Below are positions 48,932 through 59,290 of a stretch of DNA of 64,000 nucleotides, piece by piece. The notes under the pieces were generated by a model. It did not search any database. It had not been told where the DNA came from and saw only the letters and a list, made by a program, of their open reading frames with translations. Source of the stretch: Candidatus Delongbacteria bacterium (GTDB lineage: Bacteria; CAIWAD01); NCBI GenBank assembly GCA_963663545.1, contig OY760505.1, forward strand, positions 608,001 to 672,000, read 5' to 3'. Position 1 is the first letter of the stretch. Each line of letters opens with the position of its first letter. Position numbers and translations under genes: made by a program.

Positions 48932-51900
48932 AATCGCACCTGGTACCTACTACGAAAGCGGGATTCAGGTGGAAGCCGCCATCGAGATTCGTGGCTCGCT
49001 TCCCAATCAAGGTGCGGTGACGCTGGATGCCTCCTCGGCGGCGCTTTTTCATGCCTTCGGTGTGGACAGCCTGCGCCTGGAAAACCTCACTTTGCAAAAT
49101 GGCGTCGCCATGCACAATGAGAGCTATCCAGCCCACGGCGATGGTGGCGGTGCCGTCTTATTGGTCGACACGGACTTCTCCGCCAGCCATTGCTGGTTTG
49201 TGAACAACCTGGTGCAAGCCCGCTACGCCAGTTCCAGAACCATCGACATGGTGCCTGCTTCCGGCGGTGCGGTCTTCGTGACCGGCACGGGAACGGCACG
49301 CCTGGACAATTGCCATTTCGAGGGCAATGGCATTACAGGTAATCCCGGCAATGCCACCCCCGGCACCCTCTTTCGCAGCGGTGGCGCCCTTGCGGTTGAT
49401 GGCGCTCTTGAAATGGAATCCTGCAGCTTTGAAGACAACTATCTCTATCTGACAGGCGATAGCGATACAGCCAAGGGTGGTGCACTTTCCGCTGGCAGTA
49501 TCACTGCCACCGACTGCCAGTTTACGGGCAATCAGATGCAATTGCATGGCGGCACTTACCTGGCAGCACAGGGAAGCGCCGTTTGCTGCTCCGGCAACCA
49601 GAGCTGGCAGGACTGTGCGTTTCTGGACAACGATTTCACCTCTACGGCAACCCCCTACGGCCACATCGACGGCTCCGCCCTCTGGGGCGAGGCTACTTTT
49701 AGTGCGGGTAACTGTGTCTTTGCCAACAACAACACCTACTTCCGCTCGGTCATAGGTGATCGTGGCGGTAGCGCCATTCGTGCCGTGGATGGCGAGCTCT
49801 CCAACTGCACTTTCTATGGTAATGCCAGTGCCATCAGTGGAGCTTCCCAGGACGTTCCGCGAGTGGCCGTATACATGCTCAACAACCTCGATCTGGAAAC
49901 AAGCATCTTCGCCTTCAACACCGACGCTCCCGTCTACGCGGGCAGTGTCAGCGCCTCCTGCACGGATGTCTATGACAACAGCTTTGGCGACTGGACAGGA
50001 TCATTTGCCGGACTTGGCAGTGTGAACGGCAATCTTAGCGAGGATCCGCTTTTCAATAATCCGACCACGAACGATTTCGGCGTTCAGCCCACTTCTCCCT
50101 GTCAGGCAGCGAACAACTCCTGCAATCTGGATATGGGCTCTCGCTTGAGCCTTGTGGAAAGCGACGGCCTTCTACTGGTACCATCAGAGTATCCCAGTAT
50201 TGCAGCCGCAGCTGCTGCCGCAGCATCTGGTGATATCATCGAACTTGCGGCAGACAGCTACAACGAGCACGATATCCCGCTCTACGTATCTCTGACAATT
50301 CGTGGTGCTGTTGCGGATTCCGGAGCCGTTGTGATCAACGCTCAGGCGCAGGGACGTCACTTCTCGGCGGAAAACCTACCCGCAGGGATCACGATTGAGA
50401 ACCTGACACTAATCAACGGCGAGCAGTCCGCTGACTATGCGCTCTATGGGCAGGGTGGAAGCCTCTTCCTCGCAAACACAGATCTGAGAGCCATAAACTG
50501 CTGGTTCGTGGACAACCACGCACTTTACGACAACGGCAACAACTACTCGGCATACGGTGGAGCTATCTATTCCGAAGGCGCTGCCGAACTCCAGTTTGCG
50601 GAATGCGCCTTTCATCGGTGCAGCATCGAAATGGACTACCTAACAGGAGTGAGAACCGTCTACCAACATGGCGGCTCCATCTGCACAGATGGAGCAGTCT
50701 CCCTCGAAAGCTGCCGCTTTGACGAATGCTCGTTGGTCCGTGATGGCACCGATGGTGGAGCTCATGGTGGTGTCATCTACGCAGCAACCATTACTGCAAA
50801 CGATTGTGTGTTCAGAAACTGCTTTCTCAATTCAGATGGCTATTGGACCGCCTCAAAGGGCAGTATAGCATACACCTCAGGGGAGCAGGAGTGGATCTAT
50901 TGCCAATTCCTGGATAACATCAATCCTCCCGCTGGAAGTAACTACTTTGGCTCTCTGCTATTCAGCGAGACGGACATCTCATGCGAGGGCAATACCTTCT
51001 CCGGCAATGTCTCAACCTTCTGGGGTGCGGGCAGAAACGATGGCGGCTCGCTGTTTCATGCCAGCAACCTTAGCCTGACGTCCTGCACACTTCACAATAA
51101 CAGCAGCCTAACGAGTGATGGTTACCCGGAAGTCCTCGCTTATGCGAGTAGCAGCATGCAGATCGAAAACTGTCTGATTTCGGGCAATGCCGATGCCCCC
51201 GCTCTGCTGGAAAGCGGTGCCAGCCTGGATGTGGATTGCACCAATATCTGCGGTAATACTGCAGGCGACTGGAGCGATGAACTCGCTGCCTTTGCAGGCG
51301 TAGACGGCAACATCAGCGCCAATCCCGCCTTCTGCGATCCTGAAGCAGGGGAGCTGGGTCTGCAAGCGCATTCGCCTTGCCTGCCTGCGAACAACAGTTG
51401 CGGCGTCTTGATGGGTGCCTGGCCCGAAAACTGTGCCTCCAATGTGGAAATCGTGTTCAGCGATCCTTTCCCCTGCAGCGAAACTGGAACGCCTGCCACA
51501 ACAGGCGATGAAGGGATAGCCGTTACTATTAGTAGCCCTAGTGGTTTCCAAGTCGATGGCGCATCCCTGCAAATGCGCGTGGACTACGACGGCGATGGCT
51601 TCGATGCAGATCCTCGCGAGCAGTGGTATGCTCTGACAGGATACACCAGCGCCGACAGCATTCGAGTAGTGGAACAGCTGACTTACTTAGAGGAAATCAG
51701 CGAGAGCGATGTTGAGGTGGAAATCAGTGCCAGTCTGGTGGGCTTTGCGCAGACCTTCACGACCAGCATCAACCTGCATGTAGACCGGATCGCGCCAGCT
51801 GCTGTGACCCTCGCTTTGATCAGCAACCAGGTTGTCAGTGTTACCATTGGCTTCGACAGCTCAACAGCAGCGGATTTTGCAGCCTATCGAATCCTGGTCT

Positions 51901-54900
51901 CAGATGATTCCCTCTTCGACGATCAGGACCGTGTCTGGTCCATTAACGAGGATCCCGCGCTGGGCATCTCGTCAACAACTCAAACGACCGTTAGCGGCCT
52001 TGTATTGGAAGAAGAGTACTGGTTCACAATTCAGGTTCTGGATCAGGTAGGCAATGCCAGTGAGTGCTCAAACCCGGTCTACTACTTCGTGGCGGTTGGC
52101 AGTACTGTCCTCCACGTCCCGAGCGAGTTCGCTACCATTGGCGAAGCCGTTGATGCCTCAAGTCCGGGTACTACAATTGAGATTGCTGCCGGGACATACA
52201 ACGAACACGACATCATCATTCCACATCCCCTGATCTTTCGCGGCGCAATTGCCGATTCAGGTGGAGTTGTGATTGACGCAAACAGCGTAGGTCGCCACTT
52301 CACTGCTCCCAATATTGCCTCAGGTGTTCGTTTTGAAAATCTATGTCTGATCAACGGTTTAATGCGCCTCGGCGGTGGCTCCATCTTTGTAAGCAACTCA
52401 CCCCTGGTGATAAGGAACTGTGACTTTGTGGGCAATGAGGGCTACTCGGATGCAACGAATTTTTATTTCTCCTGCACTCCTCATTCCGCATACGGTGGTG
52501 CTCTATTGATTACTGGTAGTCAGCTTGCAACACTTTCCGATTGCGCATTTCATTCAAACGCCATTACCTGTGGCGGATTTTGCGCCGAAGGAATGGAAGA
52601 AACACGCAGTCAGCTAGGCGGAGCCCTCTACTCTCAGGGACCCGTAGTACTCGAGAACAGCCGATTCTACAGCAATAGCGTTGAGTCTGACGCGGGAATG
52701 CCTCTGGATAACTGTTCTGCAGGGGCGCTTCGCGCCAGTACAATCAACGCTACATCCTGCATTTTCATGAACAATGCAGCCAATCCCGGCTACAACACCA
52801 CTACTTTATGGTTGCCTGCACAAGCAACGAGTGTCGCTGTTTCTCCCGGCCCCCAAACCTATTCCAATTGTGTCTTCATCGACAACATCGCAATTCATCC
52901 CACTTCGGGGCTTATTACGGGAGAAGTAGCACGAAGCTCTACGCAGATCACAGTTAGCGGATGCACGTTTGCGGGTAATCAGTCTGGTGGATCAAGCTCT
53001 ATAAATGGAAGCTTACTGTGCGCCCCAGCGCTTAGTCTTTCATCCAGCACATTCTATAACAACTCCACCTTCAGCCTAGATTCAGGTCCGGTTCTGCTGA
53101 TACACGCAGATAACACCCTGGACATTCAAGGCTGTATCTTCACAGCAAATCTGGACAGTATCGCCTATTGCGAGGGCACCACAAGTGTTTCCTGCACGGA
53201 TAGCTACAACAATACACTGGGCAACTGGACTGGATCGTTGAACGCCTTTGAGGGCATCAACGGCAACGTCAGCCTGAATCCGGCTTTCTGCAATGCCCCC
53301 GCGTACGAGTTTGGCTTGCAGGAAGCCTCTCCCTGCCTGCCTGAAAACAACAGTTGCGGCGAGCTCATTGGCGCTCTACCCCAAACCTGTGGAGTCGCCA
53401 GCTGTATCGAATTCACCTCACCTTTCCCTTACAGCGAGAACGGTCTGCCGGTTGTTACTGGCGATGATGGCGTTGCCATTACCGTTTCTTCAACGACAGA
53501 TGACGAAGTGGATGCCTCTTCCCTGTGCATGCGGGTAGATTACGACGGGGACGGCTTCGATACCGATGCCCGGGAGCAGTGGGTCAGTCTCAGCGGCTAC
53601 ACCAGTGACTTCAGTATTCGCATCGACGAAGCGCTGACCTATCTTGGCGAGGTGACGGAGAGCGACATTGAAGTAGAGTTCGGTGCCCACACGACAGCCG
53701 AAACCAGCCTGAACTATGCAAGCATCCTGATGCACATCGATCGTGTGGCGCCGGATGCGGTCAGCCTCAGCCTAATGGCCGACCATGGTAGCAGTGTAGA
53801 TCTGCAATTCACTTCCTCTTCGGCCAGTGACTTCTCCACCTACAAGATCTGGGTTTCCAACGACGCCACGATTGATGCCAGCGATCGTGTCTGGTCTGAG
53901 GTCGATGATCCGGCTCTGGCATTGGTGGCCACCACCCAAACAAGCGTGACGGGTCTTGTGGACGGGATTGCATACTGGTTCGCCATCGAAGTGAAAGACC
54001 AGGCAGGTAATGTCAGTTCATTGTCCAACGCGGTAGAACGTTCCGGAGCAAACGGGCATGTGCTTCGCGTTCCTGCCGAATATGCCAGCATCGGTGCAGC
54101 CTTACAGGCATCTGCGGAAGGCGATATCATCCTGCTAGCTGCGGGCACTTACTATAGTAATAACCTCTATACGAACCACTCGGTGACTATTCGTGGCGAG
54201 TCGGCGGATTCGGCTGCCGTGGTGATCGATGCCGAGTGGCACAGCAGCCATGTCCGCGCATATGCAGACAGTCTGTTGCTGATTAACCTGACTCTGAAGA
54301 ATGGACTCCGAACTGATTCGAACCCACTTGCGACCCCATGCGGTGGCTCGGTGTACTTCAGTGGACATTATTTCTACGCCGAGAACTGCGTCTGGTACAA
54401 CAACACGGCCCATGGTGACTTGGTATTCAGTCATGAGGTCCACGATTATTACTGGCAATCGGCCTTTGGCGGTGCCCTGTACTTGGCACGAGCCGCGGAG
54501 ACGGATTCGATGGCTTCCGCAGAGTTGACAGGTTGCCGCTTCTACAACTCGACCGCCGAGGGAGTTGACCAGGATGCGCAGGGAGGAGCCATCTACACAG
54601 CGAGGCCGCTACGCGTAGTGGATTCCCGTATTTCTGCTTCGCTCGCAGTGCCGGGAACAGACCAGATTCATGGCAACAACTCAATCGCAGCCGGTGCTGG
54701 CATCTTCAGCTCCAGTGAACTGGTCCTCACCAATTGCGTGCTGGACAATAACCACGCTCAACCGGGTGAGTACGGAGGATTGTACGTCTCACGTGGTGCC
54801 GCGGTGTATTGCACCAGCGATGTGCGGCTGACCGGATGCAGGATTTTCGGAAACAGCACTGGCAGCGCCGATGATCTCTCGGTCATCGAGGGCCTGGCGG

Positions 54901-55658
54901 TTTACTGCACCGGCAATGTGGAAGCGGAAAGCTGCCTGATCCACTCGCACTCTGTGGAAAGCCAGCCATGGGATCCTATCGCGTGTGACGGATTCGTCAT
55001 TCGCTCCTATTCATGTGAGCTTAGCAATTGCACCATCTACGGAAATGAAGTCACTGGTGGTGAAACATCTCCACGCGCCATCTACAGCAATACCGGCATG
55101 AGTTTGGTCAACTGCCTGATCGCTGGAAATGCAGGGATGAGTTGCCCGTTGAGCACAAGTGGTACGCTGGCTGTTTCCTGCACCGACATCTACGGCAACT
55201 CTGCCGACTGGACGGGCGTCCTGGCCCCCTTCGTGGGCGTCAACGGCAATCTCTGTGCAAACCCGCTCTTTGTGGACGCACCGAACGACCTGCACCTACT
55301 ACCTGCTTCTCCCTGCCTGCCCGAAAACAATAGCTGTGACGTGCTGATGGGCGCGCTGGGCGAAGGCGTGCAGGAGATTCCCGCAATCGTGGACCTGGTG
55401 GCCCAGGCCAGCGGCAGCGACGTGCTGCTGAGCTGGACGAATCCTGCGCCGACCCTGGTCAGCGGCTTCGAGATTCATATGGGCAGCGAGCAGGGCTTCC
55501 TTCCCAATGAAACAACATTGGTTGCGACGACGACGGGTACGGAATACACGCTCACACCGGCTTCGCAGGATTGCATCGGCTTCCTACGGGTAGTGGCTGT
55601 GGGTGGTAGTAGATTGCAGACGGCCTCCACGGGAGGTCAGGCTGGACGTGCTCGCTAG
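48780..55658 (+). CDS. Giant secreted modular protein: 4 beta-helix modules, 2 Ig/FN3-like linkers and C-terminal domain
   Basis: About 2290 aa; four L(H/L/R)VPxE(Y/F)x(T/S)I module starts; two MRVDYDGDGFDxDxREQW blocks. Confidence 0.8.
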   Translation: MHSFRESLFALGLSCTLLPMLAVAQSTLHVPSEYSTIAAAVAAASDGDTVEIAPGTYYESGIQVEAAIEIRGSLPNQGAVTLDASSAALFHAFGVDSLRLENLTLQNGVAMHNESYPAHGDGGGAVLLVDTDFSASHCWFVNNLVQARYASSRTIDMVPASGGAVFVTGTGTARLDNCHFEGNGITGNPGNATPGTLFRSGGALAVDGALEMESCSFEDNYLYLTGDSDTAKGGALSAGSITATDCQFTGNQMQLHGGTYLAAQGSAVCCSGNQSWQDCAFLDNDFTSTATPYGHIDGSALWGEATFSAGNCVFANNNTYFRSVIGDRGGSAIRAVDGELSNCTFYGNASAISGASQDVPRVAVYMLNNLDLETSIFAFNTDAPVYAGSVSASCTDVYDNSFGDWTGSFAGLGSVNGNLSEDPLFNNPTTNDFGVQPTSPCQAANNSCNLDMGSRLSLVESDGLLLVPSEYPSIAAAAAAAASGDIIELAADSYNEHDIPLYVSLTIRGAVADSGAVVINAQAQGRHFSAENLPAGITIENLTLINGEQSADYALYGQGGSLFLANTDLRAINCWFVDNHALYDNGNNYSAYGGAIYSEGAAELQFAECAFHRCSIEMDYLTGVRTVYQHGGSICTDGAVSLESCRFDECSLVRDGTDGGAHGGVIYAATITANDCVFRNCFLNSDGYWTASKGSIAYTSGEQEWIYCQFLDNINPPAGSNYFGSLLFSETDISCEGNTFSGNVSTFWGAGRNDGGSLFHASNLSLTSCTLHNNSSLTSDGYPEVLAYASSSMQIENCLISGNADAPALLESGASLDVDCTNICGNTAGDWSDELAAFAGVDGNISANPAFCDPEAGELGLQAHSPCLPANNSCGVLMGAWPENCASNVEIVFSDPFPCSETGTPATTGDEGIAVTISSPSGFQVDGASLQMRVDYDGDGFDADPREQWYALTGYTSADSIRVVEQLTYLEEISESDVEVEISASLVGFAQTFTTSINLHVDRIAPAAVTLALISNQVVSVTIGFDSSTAADFAAYRILVSDDSLFDDQDRVWSINEDPALGISSTTQTTVSGLVLEEEYWFTIQVLDQVGNASECSNPVYYFVAVGSTVLHVPSEFATIGEAVDASSPGTTIEIAAGTYNEHDIIIPHPLIFRGAIADSGGVVIDANSVGRHFTAPNIASGVRFENLCLINGLMRLGGGSIFVSNSPLVIRNCDFVGNEGYSDATNFYFSCTPHSAYGGALLITGSQLATLSDCAFHSNAITCGGFCAEGMEETRSQLGGALYSQGPVVLENSRFYSNSVESDAGMPLDNCSAGALRASTINATSCIFMNNAANPGYNTTTLWLPAQATSVAVSPGPQTYSNCVFIDNIAIHPTSGLITGEVARSSTQITVSGCTFAGNQSGGSSSINGSLLCAPALSLSSSTFYNNSTFSLDSGPVLLIHADNTLDIQGCIFTANLDSIAYCEGTTSVSCTDSYNNTLGNWTGSLNAFEGINGNVSLNPAFCNAPAYEFGLQEASPCLPENNSCGELIGALPQTCGVASCIEFTSPFPYSENGLPVVTGDDGVAITVSSTTDDEVDASSLCMRVDYDGDGFDTDAREQWVSLSGYTSDFSIRIDEALTYLGEVTESDIEVEFGAHTTAETSLNYASILMHIDRVAPDAVSLSLMADHGSSVDLQFTSSSASDFSTYKIWVSNDATIDASDRVWSEVDDPALALVATTQTSVTGLVDGIAYWFAIEVKDQAGNVSSLSNAVERSGANGHVLRVPAEYASIGAALQASAEGDIILLAAGTYYSNNLYTNHSVTIRGESADSAAVVIDAEWHSSHVRAYADSLLLINLTLKNGLRTDSNPLATPCGGSVYFSGHYFYAENCVWYNNTAHGDLVFSHEVHDYYWQSAFGGALYLARAAETDSMASAELTGCRFYNSTAEGVDQDAQGGAIYTARPLRVVDSRISASLAVPGTDQIHGNNSIAAGAGIFSSSELVLTNCVLDNNHAQPGEYGGLYVSRGAAVYCTSDVRLTGCRIFGNSTGSADDLSVIEGLAVYCTGNVEAESCLIHSHSVESQPWDPIACDGFVIRSYSCELSNCTIYGNEVTGGETSPRAIYSNTGMSLVNCLIAGNAGMSCPLSTSGTLAVSCTDIYGNSADWTGVLAPFVGVNGNLCANPLFVDAPNDLHLLPASPCLPENNSCDVLMGALGEGVQEIPAIVDLVAQASGSDVLLSWTNPAPTLVSGFEIHMGSEQGFLPNETTLVATTTGTEYTLTPASQDCIGFLRVVAVGGSRLQTASTGGQAGRAR

Positions 55659-55689
55659 TACGGCTACTAAATCGAACTGATCCAATGCA

Positions 55690-55713
55690 AACGGGCGCCC
55701 ACGGGCGCCCGTT
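55690..55713. terminator. Hairpin between convergent genes
   Basis: AACGGGCGCCC-AC-GGGCGCCCGTT. Confidence 0.65.
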
Positions 55714-55760
55714 GTGTTTCTACTCTAATGTGGTTCGCAAAACCAACCCGGCACTGACTC

Positions 55761-57530
55761 CTAACGCAGCACCATCATCTTGTTGACGCCAATACAGCTG
55801 CCATTCTGAAAAGCCTGCAGCAGATACATTCCGGTACTTAGCCGACCAAACTCAAGCTGGCCACTGCCCTCCGGAAGGACTCCATGATACACAAGCCGAC
55901 CGCATAAGTCATAGAGATGAACGTGGGTCTGCTGCCTGCTGGCTGTGCTGAAACTGAGGCTACTACGGGCGGGATTCGGGCCAAAGTCAAACTGGACTCG
56001 ATCCGCGCGCGGCTGCTTTTTCTCCACCGCAACGGGACCACAGTCTTCGTAGAAGTATGTGTCCAGCACTCCCAGACGTTCAGTGATCCAGTCCTCCATG
56101 TAGCCCAGATCATTCACACCGTGGGGCGAATTCGGCCAGCGCGCAAACTCGCGCTCGTAGACGCCACTTGCATCCAGCAGATCGGCGGCTTCGTCCACCA
56201 GCGCCAGCAGACTATCTTCGCGCAGTGCGCTCACCCGTAATTCAGCCCAGCGTTCCTGCAGCAGATCGTTGTAGCCGCCGTCGGTACAATCTTCGTAGAG
56301 CCTGCAAAAGAGATAGTTCGAAATCATGCCAGCAGTCTCTGGATCACGCTCGCCAGTGTACCAGGATCCAAAAGTGCCATCCAGATCCCAGGGAACGTAG
56401 AAGTAGGGCCAACCCTGATTGTACTTTGCCAGGTAAGTGTTCTTGGCCCAGTTGTCCACGCCGCGTATCACATTCACGTAGAGGAAGTAGTCGAGTGCAT
56501 TCTCCACGCAGAAATACTGGGCGTAATGCTCGTCAAACTCAGGAGAGGTGTGCACGAAGCGAACGGCCTCATACAGATTACTCCAGTCGATTTCCTCTTC
56601 GGGATGGATCCACTCAAAGCCGCCCCACAGTAGGCTGTCGTTGTCAAAATCCGGCAGCGAGTAGAAGGTAGTGGCACCATAGCCGTAGCCTTTGTACAAC
56701 TCGCCGCGAATGTTGCCATTGTGCTTCTTCAGTTTCAGCAGCTTACGATCCACTCGTTCGCATACCAGGTAGAGTCCGCGGTATTCGCCGTTGAGAAAGA
56801 GCTCGGCATACTCGGATCGCACTCCGCTTTGAGCTTCCGGCTCCTGCTCAAGGTAAGCGGGGATATGAATACGTCGCCACAACTCGTGACAGACTTTGTT
56901 GCGCATGCGAAGCGGCTCGGTCCACATGGCATTCAGTACCCAGTCGTCGTCCTCTCGCATATCCAGCAAGGCAACATCTTGGGTCTCGTCATCCCCTTCT
57001 TCTTCAAGAAACTCAATGCGGTAGGATTTCTTCGGATATGCCAAGGAAGAGAAGCCATGCAGCTCGATGCCAATGGCGCTGTGAACCTGGGTTTCGTCCA
57101 GCTCCACCAGATGGAAACGCGCCTCCACTCGCGGCTCATCGACAATTTCGTACTCGCACTCGATGCGCATCAAAGGCAGTGCGCTGAAGTAGAGAGTGTA
57201 TTCGCGCCCATTCTCTGGGTGATGAATCGTGTAGGCGCGGCCTGTCTGCAACTCCTCAACAGGCTCGTCAAAAGCATAGGCGGCATCCATGTGAACACTG
57301 TTAATACCGGCTAGATGCTCCTGATTGATGCGGCCCACAGGGACGTTGCAAACGACTAGGTGCAATTCATGATCGATGCAATACTGCTGTTCCGGTAACA
57401 CCACCAGATCCTGTGCGAACAGAGGCTGACTCAGCAGAATCCCTGCAAGGGGTAAAGCCAACACGATGAGAGATCTGGAACCAGCCGCTTCTGTATAACG
57501 GGAAGATCGGGCCGTGCGTGGTGAATTCAT
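55761..57530 (-). CDS. CotH kinase-family protein with a T9SS type A C-terminal domain
   Basis: HGFSSLAYPKKSYRIE, DDDWVLNA, YRGLY..ERV, DNWAKN, PWDLD; C-terminal GPNPA...GMYLLQ...KMMVLR. Confidence 0.85.
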   Translation of the reverse strand: MNSPRTARSSRYTEAAGSRSLIVLALPLAGILLSQPLFAQDLVVLPEQQYCIDHELHLVVCNVPVGRINQEHLAGINSVHMDAAYAFDEPVEELQTGRAYTIHHPENGREYTLYFSALPLMRIECEYEIVDEPRVEARFHLVELDETQVHSAIGIELHGFSSLAYPKKSYRIEFLEEEGDDETQDVALLDMREDDDWVLNAMWTEPLRMRNKVCHELWRRIHIPAYLEQEPEAQSGVRSEYAELFLNGEYRGLYLVCERVDRKLLKLKKHNGNIRGELYKGYGYGATTFYSLPDFDNDSLLWGGFEWIHPEEEIDWSNLYEAVRFVHTSPEFDEHYAQYFCVENALDYFLYVNVIRGVDNWAKNTYLAKYNQGWPYFYVPWDLDGTFGSWYTGERDPETAGMISNYLFCRLYEDCTDGGYNDLLQERWAELRVSALREDSLLALVDEAADLLDASGVYEREFARWPNSPHGVNDLGYMEDWITERLGVLDTYFYEDCGPVAVEKKQPRADRVQFDFGPNPARSSLSFSTASRQQTHVHLYDLCGRLVYHGVLPEGSGQLEFGRLSTGMYLLQAFQNGSCIGVNKMMVLR

Positions 57531-57783
57531 GCTAACCCCCAGAAGTCTTATAATGTGCGTCTAATGCGATGCTAACAATTTCCGTCTCCTCCAGCAAGAA
57601 GTACTTGTTATCACAAAACATAATCGCGTTCTGTTACAAATAGAAATGGGGCCGCATTGCAAGGGATAGCCAAGGCGAGATCTCAAGCATGATGGTCTGC
57701 ATTTGGTATCCAAACAAGGCATACAACCGAATAGCTTCAGTAAATAGAATGCTAGGTGAGTCCTGTAAAGCTGTGATACACGT

Positions 57784-58845
57784 TTAGCGGGAAGCGCCCT
57801 GATTCAGATGCTGGCGCAGCAACTCGGCGCGCCCGGCCGCCAACTGACGACCATCCAGCTCCTGCCCAAGGCGTAAGCGAACCTGCGCAGGTGACAAATC
57901 CAGCAGCAGCGGTGTCACATCATGCAGCAACTCGGGCAGCGGATGAGCCTCATCCTGCAAGCCCATCAGGCGGCCCAAGCGCAAGAAAGAAGCGTGCTCG
58001 ACAAACTCGGGATAGCCCATCAGTCGTGCTTCGCGACACAGGCTCCACGCGCGGCGCACGCGATCCTCAAGCTCCGGTGCCCGATGCTGCAGAATGTCCC
58101 GGCGACATTGCTGCTCCACCAAACGCAGGCGATCCAGTGCAGCCAGCAGGCGTTCCAGGGTCTGGCGCGGATCGGTCTCGGCGCGGGTGTCGATGTTCTC
58201 CAACACTAGAAAATCGCCGAAGCCTTCCTGCCAGGTGCGGTAACTCAGGCCCTCATCGTAGAGGGGGTCGAGCTGCTCCTCCAACTTGCCCCACCAGGCC
58301 AAACCGGGCAGATGTAGTACGAGGGTGACCAGCGTGCCGCTGCCGCACAGGAAAGGACTGGAACCCAGCCGCTCGCCCTGACTGCTACGCGCCAGGCCTG
58401 GATCACGACGCAGATTCTCCAGCCGGGCCTCCAGATCGTCCAGCGCGCTGCGCAATTCTGCAGCTTGCCCCAGTGCCGTGTAGCGCAGATGGTCGTGACC
58501 AAGCAACAACAGACCGCGGGACTCATCGGCAGCCAGCAGCAGCAGCTCTTCTGTTCCACGATGCTGTGCGGGCTCCAGAATCCAGCGCTCCGCGAGAAAC
58601 TCCAGCTCCTGCACGCCGGGGCGGTCGGGTGGAATGCGATGCGCCAGATTGCCGCAAAGCGCTTCGTCCGCAAGCAATGTGCGTAGAAGCTCCGTTCGCT
58701 GTTCGGGGGTCATGCGCGCGGGAAAGGGCCGTTCGGCCAGATTGACAGCTACCGCCATTCTGCCCATCAACAGAATGTCGGCGTCGCCGGGACACCAGGC
58801 AGGACGTCGTCCGACCAGGTGTTGCATCAATTCATTCAGGTTCAT
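57784..58845 (-). CDS. mcsB: McsB-like ATP:guanido phosphotransferase-fold protein (degenerate active site)
   Basis: Adjacent to mcsA; PFP, FLAER, DHLR, LHLPGL, LEDRVRRA, SFLRLG and RAELLR match the McsB scaffold. Confidence 0.7.
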   Translation of the reverse strand: MNLNELMQHLVGRRPAWCPGDADILLMGRMAVAVNLAERPFPARMTPEQRTELLRTLLADEALCGNLAHRIPPDRPGVQELEFLAERWILEPAQHRGTEELLLLAADESRGLLLLGHDHLRYTALGQAAELRSALDDLEARLENLRRDPGLARSSQGERLGSSPFLCGSGTLVTLVLHLPGLAWWGKLEEQLDPLYDEGLSYRTWQEGFGDFLVLENIDTRAETDPRQTLERLLAALDRLRLVEQQCRRDILQHRAPELEDRVRRAWSLCREARLMGYPEFVEHASFLRLGRLMGLQDEAHPLPELLHDVTPLLLDLSPAQVRLRLGQELDGRQLAAGRAELLRQHLNQGASR

Positions 58846-59261
58846 GGTTCCGTATCTGGTGGTGATCCTCGGGAAGCCAGTTCATCCCGGATACGGGCGG
58901 CGAGTTCATAATCCTCCAGTAGCAACGCCAAAGAAAGATCCACTTCCTGCGGCATACGCCCTCCCGGAGTTCCCACCGCACCAATGGCTTTGGCAGCCGC
59001 GTGCAGCAGAGCTTCAAGCGCGGTGGCAAATGTCTCACGGCAGTGAGGACATCCCAACCGTCCTTCCAGACTGAACTCGTAGCCGGTCAGTCCGCATTCG
59101 GGGCACTTCAGCTCGACGAAGGAATCCTGCGGCAGCAGGCTCCAGTCGCCCAGGTGATGCAAACCCGAACGGGACAAACAACGATAGCAGAGCCGAATCC
59201 GATGCGCTCCCCGCCCACGTTCAACCGTGGCGGGCGCATCATGACAGCACTGGCAAATCAT
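58842..59261 (-). CDS. mcsA: McsA-like protein (four CxxC motifs plus UVR motif)
   Basis: CQCC, CYRC, CPECG, GRLGCPHC, EDYELAARIRDEL; GGAGG RBS. Confidence 0.8.
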   Translation of the reverse strand: MICQCCHDAPATVERGRGAHRIRLCYRCLSRSGLHHLGDWSLLPQDSFVELKCPECGLTGYEFSLEGRLGCPHCRETFATALEALLHAAAKAIGAVGTPGGRMPQEVDLSLALLLEDYELAARIRDELASRGSPPDTEP

Positions 59262-59290
59262 CGGACACCTCCACATGCCCCATCGGGGCG

